Of a stretch of DNA of 64,000 nucleotides, positions 1 through 12,639 are shown in pieces; position 1 is the stretch's first letter; every line of letters begins with the position of its first letter. The stretch is taken from NCBI RefSeq assembly GCF_009914755.1, contig NC_060944.1, one strand, 5' to 3'. Origin of the DNA: the human T2T-CHM13v2.0 reference genome, Homo sapiens. Both the position numbers and the translations under genes were made by a program. The notes below the pieces were generated by a model. That model had not been told where the DNA came from. It ran no database searches and saw only the letters and a program-made list of their open reading frames with translations.

Positions 1-221
1 GGGTTAGTAGAAAAAGACCTTTAAGATGCTGAAGAATGGTAGTGCTACAACAATCCCTGTGCTTTGTAAAGACAGAAGTTAGAATGTGCATAAGTGATTA
101 ACATTGCTGTGGAGGAGGACTGCCTCTTCCTGAGAGCCAGTGGGAAAGAAGAAAGGATAGGTACAGAGAAATGTTGAGGGAACTTCTGATGGATGGTTAG
201 AGACCTTTCAGGAAAGCAGAT

Positions 222-1800
222 TTTCTTAGGTTGTGTTCCTAGAAGTTGAGCCTACTATGAAGATTCCAGTACAAGTTAGTCATTGAAGAAGAGCTTCAGG
301 AGAAAGAGGAGTGAGGCTGGATAGGGTAAGAAAGAAGAGAGCAAATAAAAGGCCTTCCAATAATGTTGAGCCTCCACCTGACCCTATGTGGAGCTCTGGA
401 GTATGAATGGCACCAGAGGGTTGTTCTGCCTTGAGAAAAATGGGCCAGGTATTTGCATTTGCACCCTGTTTCCATTAGTGATTACCCAGCTGCAACCTCC
501 CAGGTGCAGTCATGTACCACATAAGGAGGTTTGGGTCAACAGTGGACAGTGAGCTGAGAAATTGACGTTGCCTGGTGACTTTGCAGCCCTCATAGTGCAA
601 CGCATTACTCACGTGTTTGCAGTGATGTACCCAAACCTACTGCAGTGCCAATTGTGCATAAGAGTCTAGAAATACAATTATGTATATTACATAGTACTTG
701 ATAATGGTGATAAATTACTATGTTACTGGTTTCTGTATTTACTATACTATACTTTTTATCATTATTTTAGAGTGTACTCCTTCTACTTATGATAAAAAGT
801 TAACTGTAAAATAGCCTCAGCCAGATCCTTCAAGAGGTATTCTAGAAGCCATAGTTATCAAGGAGATGACAGCTCCATGCATGCATTGCCCCTAAAGACC
901 TCCCAGTGGACAAAATAAACATACTGATAGTGCCGACTCTGTGTAAGCCTAGGCTAATGTGTGCTTTGTGTCTTAGTTTTTAACAAAAATGTTTAAAAAG
1001 TAAAAATATTAAAAATAAAAATATTAAATGTAGAGGAAGCCTTATAGAATAGGGACATAAAGGAATAAAATATTTTTGTATATTTGTACAATGTGTTTAC
1101 ATTTTAAGCTAAGCATTATTACAAGAGTCAAAAAGCTAAAACAATTAAAAAGTTTATAAGATAAAAAAATTATAGTAAGCTGAGTTTATTATTGAAGAAA
1201 GAATATTTTTAATAAATATATAGACTGTGTAAAATGTTTATAAAGTTCACAGTAGTGTACAGGAAATGTCCTAGGCCTTCACATTCACTTACCACTCACT
1301 CACTGACTCACTCAAAGCAACTCCCAGCCCTGAAAGATTCATTCATGGTGACTGGCCTATACAGATGTACCCTTTTTCAATCTTTTATACTGTATTTTTA
1401 CTGTACCTTTTCTATGTTTAGATATGCAAATATTTACCATTGTGCTACAATTGCCTACAGTGTCCAGTATAGTAACAAGCTGTACAGGCTTGTATTTCAG
1501 GAGCAATAGGCTATGCCATATAGCCTAGGTGTGTAGCAGGCCATGGCATCTAGGTTTGTGTAAGTGCACTCTGTGATGTTCACACAATGATGAAATCACT
1601 CAACAGTGCATTTTTCAGAAAGTGTCCTGTTCATTAAGCGATGTGTGACTGTATTTCCAGGCAGGTGGCTTCTGTCTGATGAAGGTAAGTCATTGGCAAA
1701 GAGGGCAGGTGTGAACCATTGGCAGCCAACAGTTACAGCAGCCTGGGGAGGGATACACTTGTCCAGGAAAGAGAATCTGAGTGCACCAAGGAATCTACTG
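222..1800 (-). mobile_element. ERVL-type solo LTR (LTR33-like), split by a Tigger3b insertion
   Basis: 'cttaggttgtgttcctagaagttgagcct...ccacctgaccctatgtggagctctggagtatgaatggcaccagag' matches reverse-oriented LTR33; it resumes after 1653 ('ggcagccaacagttacagcagcctgggga'); same motifs at 47.3 and 54.1 kb. Confidence 0.65.
507..1651 (+). mobile_element. Tigger3b/MER7B-like TcMar-Tigger non-autonomous DNA transposon
   Basis: Terminal inverted repeats cagtcatgtaccacataa (507-) and ttaagcgatgtgtgactg (-1651), TA at 1652-1653, ~1.15 kb, internal match 'cgcattactcacgtgtttg...aaacctactgc'. Confidence 0.85.
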
Positions 1801-2324
1801 GACAGACCTTCTTACTATCTCTCAAAAAAATACTTTTTAGAAAATCCCTCTTCTCCCTATTTTGCCACTGTGTCCAAGAGCAATTCTCTGACATATACTT
1901 AAATAGAAAGTAAAAACAGCATAATATCTTAAACTGCCCCCAACCCCAACCATGATCTACTGCTCATATCCCTTTTGTGCCAGGTTTTGACAAAGTCACA
2001 GCCGAAACTAAGTAGCAAAAGGGCTTATATCGGCCAGCAACCAAAAGGAAGGTAGAGGGACCCTCAGGGGACAAGCTCTCTCATCCACCCCATAAGTCAT
2101 AGCCTTGCAGATTGGCTTTTGAGTCAGAAATCACTATCTTATTTCCTAGAGAAACTGATGGGCAATTAGGGAATTGTTTTGCATGCAGGAAGACAGATTC
2201 ATCTTGTTCTTCTCAGTGATGTGTATGTAAAAGCAAACATACCTTACTATCGTCTACACCTAAGACAACAAATGCCCCACTTACCTAGAATTTTAATACT
2301 TGGAGGAGTCGGGGGAATTTCTAG

Positions 2325-2490
2325 TCCAGGAGGTTTTTCACTCTGGCCGCACATAAGAATCACCTGGGAAACTTAAACAGAATAAAACAGTACCCAGGTG
2401 GTTAAATAGAATCTTGGGGTAGGGAGGAAATGGGGCAGGCATTAATATATTTAAAAACTCCTAGGATGTTGTGATGTACAGCCAGGATTT
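2325..2490. mobile_element. MER5-type hAT-Charlie MITE (degenerate)
   Basis: 'agaatcacctgggaaacttaaa...ttaaaaactcctaggatg...cagccaggattt'. Confidence 0.55.
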
Positions 2491-2495
2491 ACTCT

Positions 2496-2990
2496 GTATC
2501 GGTTAACTGTTGTTATGCAAAAAAATCACCCAAATCTCAGTGGATTAAAACACAGGCATTTATTATTACTCATGAGGCTGAAGGTCAGCTGGATAGTGTT
2601 TCAGGTCTGGGCTGGGCTTACTCATGCATCTGAGTTCAGCTGTAGATTAGATAGATGGATGGTCAGCGTGGACTGGAGAGATCTTGGCTAGGTTCTCACA
2701 GCTGGTTGCTAATTGATCTAGGTGAGATACTAGATCTGGAGAGACTCTGCTTCATGGGATCTCTCAACCTCCAGGTTAGCCCAGCATGAGGTTCCAAGAG
2801 ATAGAAGTACACAACGTCTCTTAAGTCCTAGGCTTAGAACTGGCGTCTTCACTTCCATCATATTTTGTTGATCAGAGCAAGTCAAAAGGCTAGCCCAGAG
2901 TCAGAGAAGGAAGAGACGCCAAAGTCAGAGGGCCAATGGCATTGCTAGAGGGAGGCCAATAATTAAGGCCAACGGTGCAATCAATGGATC
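2496..2990 (-). mobile_element. MLT1 (ERVL-MaLR) solo LTR
   Basis: Starts tgtatcggttaac..., 'caaatctcagtggattaaaacac', 'ctaggcttagaactggc...cacttcca', 'gcaagtcaaaaggctagcccag'. Confidence 0.7.
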
Positions 2991-3585
2991 ACTTAAACCT
3001 AACCATTAACTTTATGGTTATCAAAAGTGATTAATTTAAAATGTAGACATTTCATTCACAACTCAGTTCATTGTCTCCCCACACTGCTCCATACACACTC
3101 CTCCATTATGGGAAATACTTAAAATTTGACCTATAGCCATGGCATGGACACCAGTATATAGACTATGTAAATATCTGTATCTTTAAAAGTCTAATTCACT
3201 TTTATTATGTTTGTGCTCTGGTCTCAATGTACGGAGAGTAGATCCACAGATAGACAAAGTGAAAGTAGACACTTAAAATTTATTTTCTGAAGTATTAACT
3301 ATAGAGTGTTAATGTGAAATATTAACAGGTGGAGTATGTCCTGGGAACGTGATTATGCATGTTTACTCTCTCATATTTGACAACCCATATGAGAAGAGCC
3401 TTACTGTATTTCAGTGGGTTTGCTCACCTGAAGAGGCATTGCTCTGAGGAGGATGGAAGGATAAGGGGTGAGTGTTCCCTAGAATGTCTTCAATCTGCAC
3501 ATAAACACGTCGAAAGAGAGTTTACAGCAACCATCCACTTTCCCACTATTTCTCAAAGTAAATATTATATTAAAGATGTTGTTTT

Positions 3586-3890
3586 GGCCAGGTGCGGTGG
3601 CTCACGCCTGTAATCCCAGCACTTTGGGACGCCAAGGCGGGTGGAACACGAGGTCAGGAGTTCAAGACCAGCCTGGCCAAGATGCTGAAACCCTGTCTCT
3701 ACTAAAAAATACAAAAATTAGCTGGGCGTGGTGGTGGGCACCTGTAATTCCAGCTACTCAGGAGGCTGAGGCAGAGAATTGCTTGAACCTGGGAGGCAGA
3801 AGTTGCAGTGAGCCGAGATCACATCACTGCACTCCAGCCTGGGCGACAGAGCTAGACTCCATCTCAAAACAACAACAATAACAACAACAA
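3586..3890 (+). mobile_element. AluS (AluSg-like)
   Basis: Full dimer ggccaggtgcggtggctcacgcc...; (CAA)n tail; TSD aaagatgtt at 3572-3580 and 3891-3899. Confidence 0.95.
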
Positions 3891-4324
3891 AAAGATGTTT
3901 TTCCATAAATGATGCCTCTACCATCTGACCCTATTTCTCCTACATAAGGCCCACAGAGGGCCTAAACTCTGGCTTGACTGGGGTTGTCATGCCTGGCCCT
4001 TCATATGTGCTCTCGTGTTCCTCCCTCTTACTCCACCCTCTGAGGATGATCTCCTCTCCTCTCTGATTTTTCAAGTCCTACTGTATCCTCATGAAAATGA
4101 TCAAATGTTTTTGGGTCTCCGGAGACTATTTTGGCCACATTAACCCTTCTGTGTGCTGAACAACTGCATAATGTATCTGACCCTGTTGACACCATTCTGT
4201 TGGAAACAGTTGCCTGGCTTTTCTTTAGATATGTAAAGTTGCCTCGTCTGCTGGGCCTGTGAGTGTGGCGGCTTGAGCCAGTTTCGCTATTTTGAGTGTT
4301 CACCTATTGCTGGACACAGTTACT

Positions 4325-4610
4325 ATAGGGTCAGCTCCATGAGGCCAGGGGATTCATCTGCTTTCCTCACTACTGTATCTGCAGCATGTCGCCCATAGAA
4401 GATGCTCCATAACCTCTATAACTATTTAATATATTGGCATTTCAGCAATAAGAAAGAACAAACAATTTAATATTTCAAGGGTGTTTGGAATCCACCATAT
4501 GTACATTTATCTATTTAAAATTAGCCCTGTTATGCAGAAGGCAATTTGCTAGACATTGGGAAGTTAAGAGAAAGCAAGACATAGTCCTACCATCAAATGC
4601 CTAAGGCTTG
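4325..4610. mobile_element. L2 fragments
   Basis: L2 3'-end motif 'agctccatgaggccagggg...ctcactactgtatct' and a reverse piece 'tgctagacattggga...aagacatagtcctacc'. Confidence 0.5.
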
Positions 4611-4709
4611 TTTGGGAAGTCCGCTACCGTCATTACTGAGTGACTTCTCCACGCCAGGTGCTGACGTTGGTGATGTGAGTAACTGGCTCATGCTATCAGC
4701 AACTGCAGT

Positions 4710-4870
4710 AAACAGTGTTAAAAGCCCCCGGTCCTAGGACATAACCTGTGTGATTATTGGCCCCCAGACAGCTGAGGGTCTTGGGTAAGTTATATAACCA
4801 TTCTGAGGCTTAGTGTCCTCATCTATAAAATGAGAAGACCTCAAGGGAACCCTCTAGTTTTTACTTTCTC
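4710..4870 (+). mobile_element. MIR SINE
   Basis: MIR core 'cttgggtaagttatataaccattctgaggcttagtgtcctcatctataaaatgaga'. Confidence 0.7.
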
Positions 4871-6289
4871 TGACTGCATTCTCTTAAGAAAGGCTTAGCA
4901 TCTCTCTGATGAAATCACATGACTTCAATTCTAGGAAAACAAACCCAAAACCTGAAAGCAAGCCATTATTCTATTTGTCCAGCATTCCTTTCAGAGCCTG
5001 AACGACCCTCTTTCATGTCAACGCACTTGAGAATGTTGAGGTTTCAAGGCTACTCTACATGACATTTACCAGAAACGATATTCAGCACATTGCCACCCTA
5101 TCTATGATCTGGAGTTTGTTAAAACAAAACAACAAAACAAGAACAGAAGTGTTTATTACTTCCTAACTGGCTTAGTCTAAAGGATATTTCATCAAATCCT
5201 GTTGCTAATCCACCTACCCAAATGTTCTCTTTAAATCTGCCCAGGGACACAATGTAACATTTGGAAATGTATCACTGTTTGTAGTTCCCTCAAAGTGAAA
5301 AACTGAGTGGTGAAATACTTGTTCTGGGTAATGCTAGACCTCCATCCCAAACCCCTGGAGTTGTCCCCAGGGGCAATTGGACATGACCCTAACCTTCTGT
5401 GACTCTGAGGAGCAGGGAAGAGCACAGCAGCCCGTTCACCTCTAGACTCACCGTCAATGCCATCATTGCTGGGGTTCCCCTTGCCCTCTTATCTGGAGGC
5501 TATCCAGTTTTATGAACTCCCAAAATGAACACCTTTATAAACTTAGCTCCAAGTGGGGGGGCTGATACTGCACCTCACATGGATGTGTTAACCTGTTTAA
5601 AACCTTGGCAATGATGGATTCTTTTAATGTTCATCTTTCTGAGCCTCTCAGCATTGAAAAACACTTTGTTTCTGGGACTGCATTTGCCTGTCCTCCCACA
5701 CAATGAAGCAAATGTCTCTGTGACAGATGGGCCATGCTGTAGTCCTTAAAAGTCAGCAAACTAGAGGCTTCTCAAGCCACAGGGAAATTGAAGTCCAAAG
5801 CCTACACGGAAAGCCCCCTTTCTCTCACCCCATTTGGGCATTCACAGGTCTACAGTGGCTGAAACGTAAATAGGCAGGATGCTGAGAAATCTCCGTAACC
5901 CAGGTAGCCAGCGTGCTCTTGGGATCCTTAGTGCTTACTGTAGAGGAAAATATTAGTTTTGTGACAGGGAAAGGGCTGGTCAGATCGGTGTGTGAGTTTG
6001 TCACCGTGAGTACAAAATGGTGCTCATGGGAGGTAGAAGGAAGACTCCCTCTATTGGAAAAAACTTCTGCCCAAGGGTGTTTAAGGACTTGTTGCCCCTG
6101 GATGCTGCCCTCTTAATGATGCCCAGGACCTGGAGTTGAGCAGCATTTAACTGTTGGTCTAGTGACTTTGCCATTAGAGTGAAAGCCAAAGTATTTCTGA
6201 TGGCCTGTAAAGCCCTCCAGGATCTGGCCTTCTCCTCTCCTCCCACTGTCTCTTAACCTAGCTCCTTCTAGCCACAGCATCTTCTTTGC

Positions 6290-6815
6290 TTGTTTTAATT
6301 ACCTAGTGCTATGACCACCCCCAAGACATGGTGGTTTAAAACAACAGCAATCATTTATTTTGCTCACAACTCTGCCATTTGATCAGAGGTCCCTCATTGC
6401 TGCTGTACATGGTGTCAGCTGAGGGGACTCAACTGGAGGCTGGAGGATCTGCTTAAGAGTTGGCTCATTCACATGGCGGCAGGCTGTGAGCCGGAGGCTC
6501 AGCCCAATCCCTCTCCATGTGGCCTCTGTGCAGCCTAGGCTTCCTCACAGCATGGAGGCTGTGTCCCAAAGGTGAGTCTTCCAAGAAAGAGATTCGCACA
6601 CAAGCTCTACTGCCTTTGACAACCTAGCCTGGAAGTCACATAGCATCCCTTCTGTCATACTTGCCATTCTCTACCAGTCTGGGCAATCCCAAAGGCCTAT
6701 CCAGGTTCCAGGACAGGGGACATGGACTTCACCTCTTGATGGGGTGGGGGATGGCAAGGCTCTAAAGGTCACATGGGATGGAAAATGTGGTGGCTATTTT
6801 AGGAATGTAAAACCT
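6290..6815 (-). mobile_element. MLT1 (ERVL-MaLR) solo LTR
   Basis: 'ggtttaaaacaacagcaatcatttattttgctcacaactctgc', 'ggcttcctcacagcatgg', 'ctagcctggaagtcacatagcatcccttctg'. Confidence 0.75.
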
Positions 6816-6957
6816 GTGGCTGCAGCTCTTACCTCAGACATGTTTCCTGCCAGTGCTTCCTCTTTGTCTAGGGTTGCATGTGACTCACTCCTCATTTCCT
6901 TTACATCTTTACCCAAATATTTTCTTCTCTGCAAGGTCTTCCCTGGACAAAAACTAA

Positions 6958-7393
<436 letters not shown>

Positions 7394-10129
7394 TGTTCAT
7401 TGCCCTTTTCCCAGAGCCAGGAGAGTGTCTGGCACATACTGGGGGCTCAATCAATACTTGCCTCAGTGAGTTAATGAACTTCTGCCCTCATAAGACAAGA
7501 AACAGTAGCGGCCATTTTCCACATTTTCTTTGGTCCTTGGGTGCCTACCACACTGCCAGGTACGTAGACCCTATAAGATTATTTAATTAGTGATTCACTA
7601 AATATAGCAGTTTGAAACGACAGCAATCATTTCTCAATCTGAAAAAATAATAGGCCAGCAGCGTTCCATTCACAGTCACTTATTCGTAATGCATCCCCCT
7701 GCCCCATCTACAAAGTTACAGTGCTAGCCAATACGGACACTATTAAATTCTGCTCTAGAAGTGCTTCTCCTGCTTCTGATTAGAGCCAGGAAGTTAGAAG
7801 AACAGACAGAAGAAAATCACACAGGATGCCCAGGAGACAAGACACAATTCTGGCAGCAAACCTGTGGGTGTCCGCTTGATGTTCCTGCCATTGTCTATTG
7901 TCTGAAGGGGTTGACCTGTAAGTCAATGGGAAGGTGGCTTTCCCCCAGTCTGGTTCAATGTTCACAATTCCAGTAATAAATATCTTGGAAAATGGGAAGA
8001 AAGCAGGAAGACAATTACTTCAAATATTATTGTGCAATCGATGGGGTAATTTTGCTCTCCTTGAGGAACGACCTTTCTTATTTCAGCATCGTTCTTTAAA
8101 CAGGGAGTCACCACCTTGTGCTTGTTAGCACATTCTCCGAAGGTGTTTGGAGTACAGTAGTGACATTTCAAAATGGATTAATCAAGGATGCTCTAAATTG
8201 GAGGTGTTCTTGAATTTCATTTAAATATGATTTACTAAAGAACCCAAGTTGGAATCAGGCTGGAATGCCCTGGGTGCCATCATCATCCTAGTCTGTTCTG
8301 AGATGGACTTATGATGACATTTCAACGTATTTAGCATTTGACAAAGTTTTTCCCCAGCAAAAGTAAAGGGAAATAAGAACCACGGCCTTGCCAAACAGCT
8401 TTAACTTGGTGTACACGGTTACAGGAGCGACCCGGATGTACTCCTTGCGTCAATTTAGCATGCAGAGTCACCATCACGCTCCTCTACAAGGGCACTGAAT
8501 CTGGGACTGCCTGGAGACAGGCAGAGTGTGGCCATTTCTCCATGTCTAGGGAGTGTACGGGGCAAAGGAGATCCTAAGGCCCTGCCTGGGTTGCTTCCTC
8601 CTCAAGCAGAGGTTACAAGAATGAAGGGACTTGGCATGCTTTCAAGTTCATCCAAGACTATGTAAAAAGAATATAAACCATTAATGTAATTTATGGGCAG
8701 AAGCACTTTGAATATAAATGAAGCAACCAATGGCCCTTTTGATTGGCATTTATATCTCCTTTTATAGAGATCACATAGAGTAGTGTTATAATTCTTGACA
8801 GTTTTGATTGTAAAATATATGGGACTTTAAGCTCCCTGGAAGAAAGCAGAGATGATTAATATTAATAATAGCTAAGTACACAACAGATATGAGTAATATG
8901 TTTTATATTTATATATATCTATTGTTTTAACTCATTGGAAAACACTATATGCTTTATTATTAGGAATGTAGTAATAATAAGACTATGTTATCTAGGTCAC
9001 ATAAAAGAAGATGTTCAAGCTAATCTCTAAATCCTATTAATTTCTTTACTTACATTAAAAAAAAAATAGTCAATTGGCTCTACTATTCAAACTAATGTAT
9101 TCAAAACAATGTGCCTTATTAAAGGTATAGATCAAAATTCAAATAACTTGGTTCAAATACAGTCAGTCCCAGAGTCATTCGGAAGTGTCAAGGAAGAATG
9201 CAGAGCTCTAAAAAAAAAAAAATAAAATATAAGAGATCAAGAAAATCAAAGTATATTCATATTAGAGCAGTTAGGGTTTTTTTTTTTCTATATGCAGGAT
9301 GCTGAGTGAAGCAACTCTGGGCTCTGTCAGCAAAAATACGGTTTTAATAAGAGTGTATATTGTTATGGGGGAAGCTATTTCAATAGAAAATGTACATATC
9401 TTAGATTATCTCTAGCACTTGGAAAATTGCAAAATGTTTTATCACCTCTATTTTCCACTTCCTCCTCTCTTGCCATGACTCCATCCATTGCCATGTGGAA
9501 TAAGGTATAAAGGGAAAACAAAAAAGCTTGGACATTGTGATCAGCTGAATTTAAGGTTTGCCTTAAAATCAAAATAGAGCAAATCAATAAGTAAATTTCA
9601 TATGTATCGAGTCTTCATTCAAAAGGCATTTTGAATGCTTTAAAGAAAAATATAATAGGTTACAGGTGAGAAAGCAGTGAAATGTGGGTAAATATTTGTA
9701 TAATATGTGGAAAATGTGACCAAAAAATGACCAGTATACATACTGTATTCTGGAAAATCCCATGCACTTGTTAGAGGTGAAACATAAATTGCAATAGGAG
9801 TTTCTCTAAACCAAACAGCTTGTGAAAACATAAATAGTTCTGTAGTTTACAGAACCTTAACTGCTCTTCTCAAAAAATATACCTATTCGATTTTCTAAGA
9901 TTTGAAAGAAACTTTTGCTCTCATTTTATTTTGTATTTTTGTTGTTTATTGCATCTTCATTCCCCCATGGGCTTTTAAAATAAGATTCTGATGATGGAGA
10001 AAGAAATGAATGCTGCTCCTATCCCCTCTGCAATTTGCTGTGGTTTGGAAAGCCCATTCTGTATGAGGAGGTGTTATAACTTCCCACTGTACCATATGCT
10101 TCTGACTTCGTATACCTTATTTTTAGTGA

Positions 10130-10605
10130 TACATCCATTAGCTTTTGCTTCATAAACTATCCCAAAACGTAATAGCTGAAACCAACAATCATTTATTTGC
10201 TCATCCTTTCATGGGCTGGACTAAACCAGGTCATTCTTCAGCTTGTCTTGCCCAAGCTCACTCATGGAGCTGCTGCCTCCCTGGCAGCTTAGCCAGAGCT
10301 GGAGGGGCTCAGATGACCTCACTCACAGGCCTGGTGGTTTGCAGATAAAAGGCTCGGGGCTTTGGTTTTCTCCATTTAGCTCCTTCAGCAGGCAAGCTTG
10401 AGCTCCTTCAAATTGTCTCAGACTTCCAGCACACAGAAAAATGTGCAAGCACATTTCAAGCCTCTTCTCTCATTTGCTGCTGAAGTTGTGTCAGCCAAAG
10501 CAAATGTTATTTCCAAACACTGATTCAAGGATGAAGGAGAAAGACTTTACTTTTATAGGCAGGACAAAGAATTTGTGGCCATTTTTTTTTTTCATTCTAC
10601 TACAA
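10130..10605 (-). mobile_element. MLT1 (ERVL-MaLR) solo LTR
   Basis: 'cataaactatcccaaaacgtaatagctgaaaccaacaatcatttatttgctcat', 'cagccaaagcaaatg', ends ctactaca. Confidence 0.7.
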
Positions 10606-10960
10606 GTTCAATTTTCCTGCCGCTGCTGGAGAGAAGGAACCACCTTCCCCTTGTTTACATGGTTGCTTGAATAACAGAATAGTAGCTGCTATTTTTTTGC
10701 ATAAAATCATGTGTCTTATGGGGAGAGAAACTATGCAGACTGTGAGATGCTGTTTCGGAAGAAGAGGGATTCACCTCTCCAGCTGATATGGCAGGAAATA
10801 AGAAACCATATGATCTAAGAGGTGCTGGGAGAGTAAAAAAAAAAAAAAAAAAAAAAAAGGTAGAAATGAGTAGAAATGATGCAGGTGGAAATTGTGTGTG
10901 AATGCATGGAAATGCATGTGAAGTGAGAGATGAATAAATTTGTATTTCAGTCTTAACTAG

Positions 10961-11535
10961 TTTTGTTTTTGTTTTTTTTTATGGCAAAGGAAATAATTTT
11001 TGAACAATTACAAATAGACTTTTATAAATTATTTTCCTAGGTCCACAGCAGGTTGTGGGGTAAGTTAGAGTAAAAATTAAATATGTATTATCCTAAGGTA
11101 TTCTTTCTCTGGCAGGACCTTTCAAAGTGCCTTCTTTTATTTCTGGCAGTCCCCTGGCTGCAACTCAAACGTTCTCACCATCACAGTCTTCTTTGCTAGC
11201 ATGTGGTGACTACCATTTTCCCTGCGTCAGTTCCCTGCAGAGATGTCAGCTGCTCGGGCCGCTGATGCTGGCCAAAGCCCTTTGAAGATTCTGGGGGTAC
11301 TCAGGTGCTGATGCAGGCTTTGTCTCCCACCAGTGATGAAAGTGCTGGCTGCATTGTTGTGGGATCAGCAGGTGCCCCCTTGTGTTCTTATAGCCTTGTA
11401 AAGGTTTTTCCGTAATAGCCACCTATCGATTATGTTGGCTCTTGCATTTTTTTCTTTGACTCAGTTGCATGACTTCTTTTGCAGTCATTTTTTAGTTTTT
11501 TGTCCAAATAGAGCTGTGGGGGGCCTACTTCGCAG
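10961..11535 (-). pseudogene. Candidate heavily decayed processed pseudogene, parent unidentified
   Basis: T-rich tract 10961-10980 (A tail on minus strand), AT-rich UTR-like 10981-11100 with a TATAAA variant signal, mixed-composition coding-like body with stops in all frames; no match to repeats I recognise. Confidence 0.35.
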
Positions 11536-11552
11536 GTCCTTAATATAAACTT

Positions 11553-12003
11553 TGTATCAGTTACCTATGGCCATGAAATGTGGTGTGACAATCTTATAAC
11601 CGCATGAGTTCTTCTGGCTGCTGGGGGACTGTGGCTCACAAGTCTATCTGTGGTCAGCTGTGGGTACTTAGGCAGCTTTGTGGCATCTCTAGGGAATGTA
11701 GCTTAAGAGAACTGGCTCCACTCCATGTCTCATCGTTGAGCAGGCTAGGCTGGGATTGCTCTCATGCCTGTGACGGGGTTCCAAGAGAGAGGGAAGTGCT
11801 TAAAGCCTCTTGAGGCCTAGGCCCAGAATCTCCACAATGTCACTTCTGTAGTTCAGAGAAAGTCACCAGGCCATCCCAGATTGAAAAGAGGGGGGAATAG
11901 ACTATCTCTTAATGAGAGAAACTACAAAGCCACATCAAAGAGGACATAGAGGTAGATAAGGATAGAGAATTAGGGCCAGCTTTGCAATCAATCTAACTAC
12001 CAC
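11553..12003 (-). mobile_element. MLT1 (ERVL-MaLR) solo LTR
   Basis: Starts tgtatcagttacctat, 'cttgaggcctaggcccagaa', ends caatcaatctaactaccac. Confidence 0.75.
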
Positions 12004-12201
12004 GCACCTAAACACCTCTGAGTCCTGGGGTGAGCACAGTTTGGCAACCTGGACAACTCTAGATGCATGTTAGAAAGATTAATTTGGTAATCCTTCTAAA
12101 AGGTGGATGATAAATTGACTCCAGTTGTAACAGGGGAGGTTGGTGCAACCAGCAAAGTGGCTTTTGCCTTAATACAAGTGATAAATCAGGAGGGTCTGGG
12201 A

Positions 12202-12387
12202 TAGGGATAGCAAATAAGTTGCACATTGTGTGATGGATTTGTAGTAAATGCCTAGAGTGGGGTGTTGAGGAGAATTATGTGGCTACTTTCCTGGTGAGCT
12301 GAACACAGGCCCTGATGGATTGGCTATGTTCGCCATGGCCATTGAAGGGAGGAGTGATAGCATGCCAGCAAGTATTTGCCATCTCTG
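12202..12387. mobile_element. hAT-Charlie-type MITE (subfamily unassigned)
   Basis: Terminal inverted repeats tagggatagcaaata (12202-12216) and tatttgccatctctg (12373-12387). Confidence 0.65.
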
Positions 12388-12639
12388 TCCTATCAAGGGC
12401 AGTGATAGTCCTACAAAGGCCAGTGGCAGTTTCAAAGAGTCTTTTGAAAATAATCAGGAGGTAAAACTAGACAATATTGGTGACTAAGTACAAATGAAGG
12501 GAAACTATAAGTCTAGGAGAGTCTTAGATATTGGACTGGGTACTAGGTGAATGTCATTTCTTAAAGTGGGTCAAGGCATGAGTCTGTATTATATACATCA
12601 GTATTGTACTGTATCATACTATATAAGGAGTACATTTTT

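Noticed and set aside
3576-3881. Alu-derived ORFs (also at 7000, 15139, 20351, 24629, 43476, 46897, 62927)
   Set aside because: Typical Alu translation products, not genes.
10835-10858. Isolated 24-nt poly(A) as a retrocopy tail
   Set aside because: No upstream poly(A) signal, recognisable element or TSD; treated as a simple homopolymer.
11041-11059. 19-nt micro-exon-like segment (ttttcctag|...|gtaagt) on the plus strand
   Set aside because: Not a multiple of 3, no partner exons identifiable, and such splice-like pairs occur by chance.
11100-11535. Specific parent-gene assignment (CENPA, H3.Y, TAF9, POLE4, MORF4L, DPPA3) for the candidate retrocopy
   Set aside because: Each matches only by short motifs needing frameshifts; none can be supported without alignment statistics.
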